Shown piece by piece: positions 62,938 to 64,000 of a DNA stretch of 64,000 nucleotides (positions are counted from its first letter, which is position 1; each line of letters starts with the position of its first letter). The stretch is from Dudresnaya verticillata (Eukaryota). The DNA lies in assembly GCA_977862235.1 (NCBI GenBank), contig OZ374559.1:744001-808000 (forward strand). The letters run 5' to 3'. Under the pieces are notes generated by a model. That model saw nothing but the letters and a program-made list of their open reading frames with translations. It ran no database searches and had not been told where the DNA came from. The position numbers and the translations under genes are program-made.

Positions 62938-64000
62938 TATAGGCAGTATGTCGATGATTGTTCCTCATAATTGGTGTGGGAAGAAATTGTTGGGAATGAA
63001 TCTCTATCCATCCGGTCGTGGTAAACTATTGTTGCTTTTCTCAACTTTGAGAATAAGGGGATGCCTGCTGTTGTTGCGTTTCTGGCGTCAATAGTCCTGC
63101 GACAGTTTGTATTTAAATCCTGAGAAATAACTTGCCTGCACGGGCGACCGTAGCAACTGGCTTGTTGTTCTATGGTATCCCTTGCATCTTCTCGCACTTT
63201 CCAAGCGCGATCAAGGGATTTTCGATTCCTCTGCCAGCTGTCCCGTCATGAATGTGCTTGCAGATAAGCGGGATCATCTTCGCATGGACATATTTGTTGA
63301 TGATAGAAGCTTTACCCACTGTGTGTCTGCAAGCCGTCGGGGTTTTTGTTATTAGCCCTCACTCTTTTCGTGGCTCCGCGGGCCGCGTTTGCGATTAAGG
63401 TATCTATTCTCGCCAACTTCAGAAGCACGAAAACTATCGCAGGGTCTGTGACAGCCTGTGGATGGAACTCCACCCCATGGCGATGGATATTTAAACACAT
63501 ATGGGCGCATTGGGACAGGATTCGAACGGGCTTGGAATGTAGGGGATTGCTTCTTTCATGGCTGTGAAGAAAGAAACCTCCCCTTCTGCTGAAGAGATCA
63601 ACTTCCTACTCGTATTTTGTCTCCTGTTGTTCAACGTGTGGCTCTCAACGTCAATTGACACAAACGTTCCTCCGCTCTACTGAGTGACAGTCCATAACCT
63701 CACTTATGGAGTTTCTTGCTATTCCTCAGTAAAGTTGATCTCTCTCTGACTTTTTGTCTCTCTCTCTCAATCTAACATGTTGCAGCATTGAGATAATCGT
63801 TTTCGGGGCGTTGTACGGTGGAGTACCATGGGTTATATCCATCCATTGCGAGAGATGTGATGCATCTATCGAGTAAGACGACAGTTGGTTGCTGTGGCTT
63901 CTCTAAAAATAAAGCATCGCGCTCTCACCCCCAACGGAATTGAGTTCGAGGCCAGCAGCGATCTTAATAAGCAAGCATCCCTTTATCGTAATAGGAAGAG

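Larger units (their letters stand above)
12233..64000 (+). repeat. Tandem head-to-tail array of a 4549-bp gene-containing unit (11 complete units + ~1.7 kb; continues past the window end)
   Basis: The same ORF set recurs every 4549 bp (ATGs at 12441, 16990, 21539, 26088, 30637, 35186, 39735, 44284, 48832, 53381, 57930, 62479; one interval is 4548). Identity with the unit starts at cagaatgtaataagc (12233, equivalent to 16782). Confidence 0.98.

Overview
Eukaryotic genomic DNA, tentatively a florideophyte red alga (inferred from gene style only, not proven). Two parts. (1) Bases 1-12.2 kb are single-copy and repeat-littered: a short retroposed insertion with a target-site duplication, a 33-bp minisatellite and two interleaved inverted-repeat pairs. 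This part also holds a secreted 130-aa protein with three knottin-like (C-C-CC-C-C) modules (2229-2621), an orphan acidic 321-aa ORF (5867-6832), and a two-exon, very GC-rich modular S1 (trypsin-fold) serine protease gene on the minus strand (10552-8178; spliced active site GTCQGDSGGP). (2) Bases 12233-64000 are a head-to-tail array of a 4549-bp unit (11 complete units plus a partial one, running off the window end). The units are nearly identical, and each carries one TATA-associated, intronless gene for a 152-aa secreted, strongly cationic protein with two beta-defensin/clip-like six-cysteine modules (12 intact copies). A diverged older copy of the gene's upstream region precedes the array and stops just short of where its start codon would be. 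The most interesting reading is an extracellular-defence locus (knottin, modular protease, highly amplified defensin-like precursor). That function is inference; no database searches were possible and the copies were compared by eye, not exhaustively aligned.
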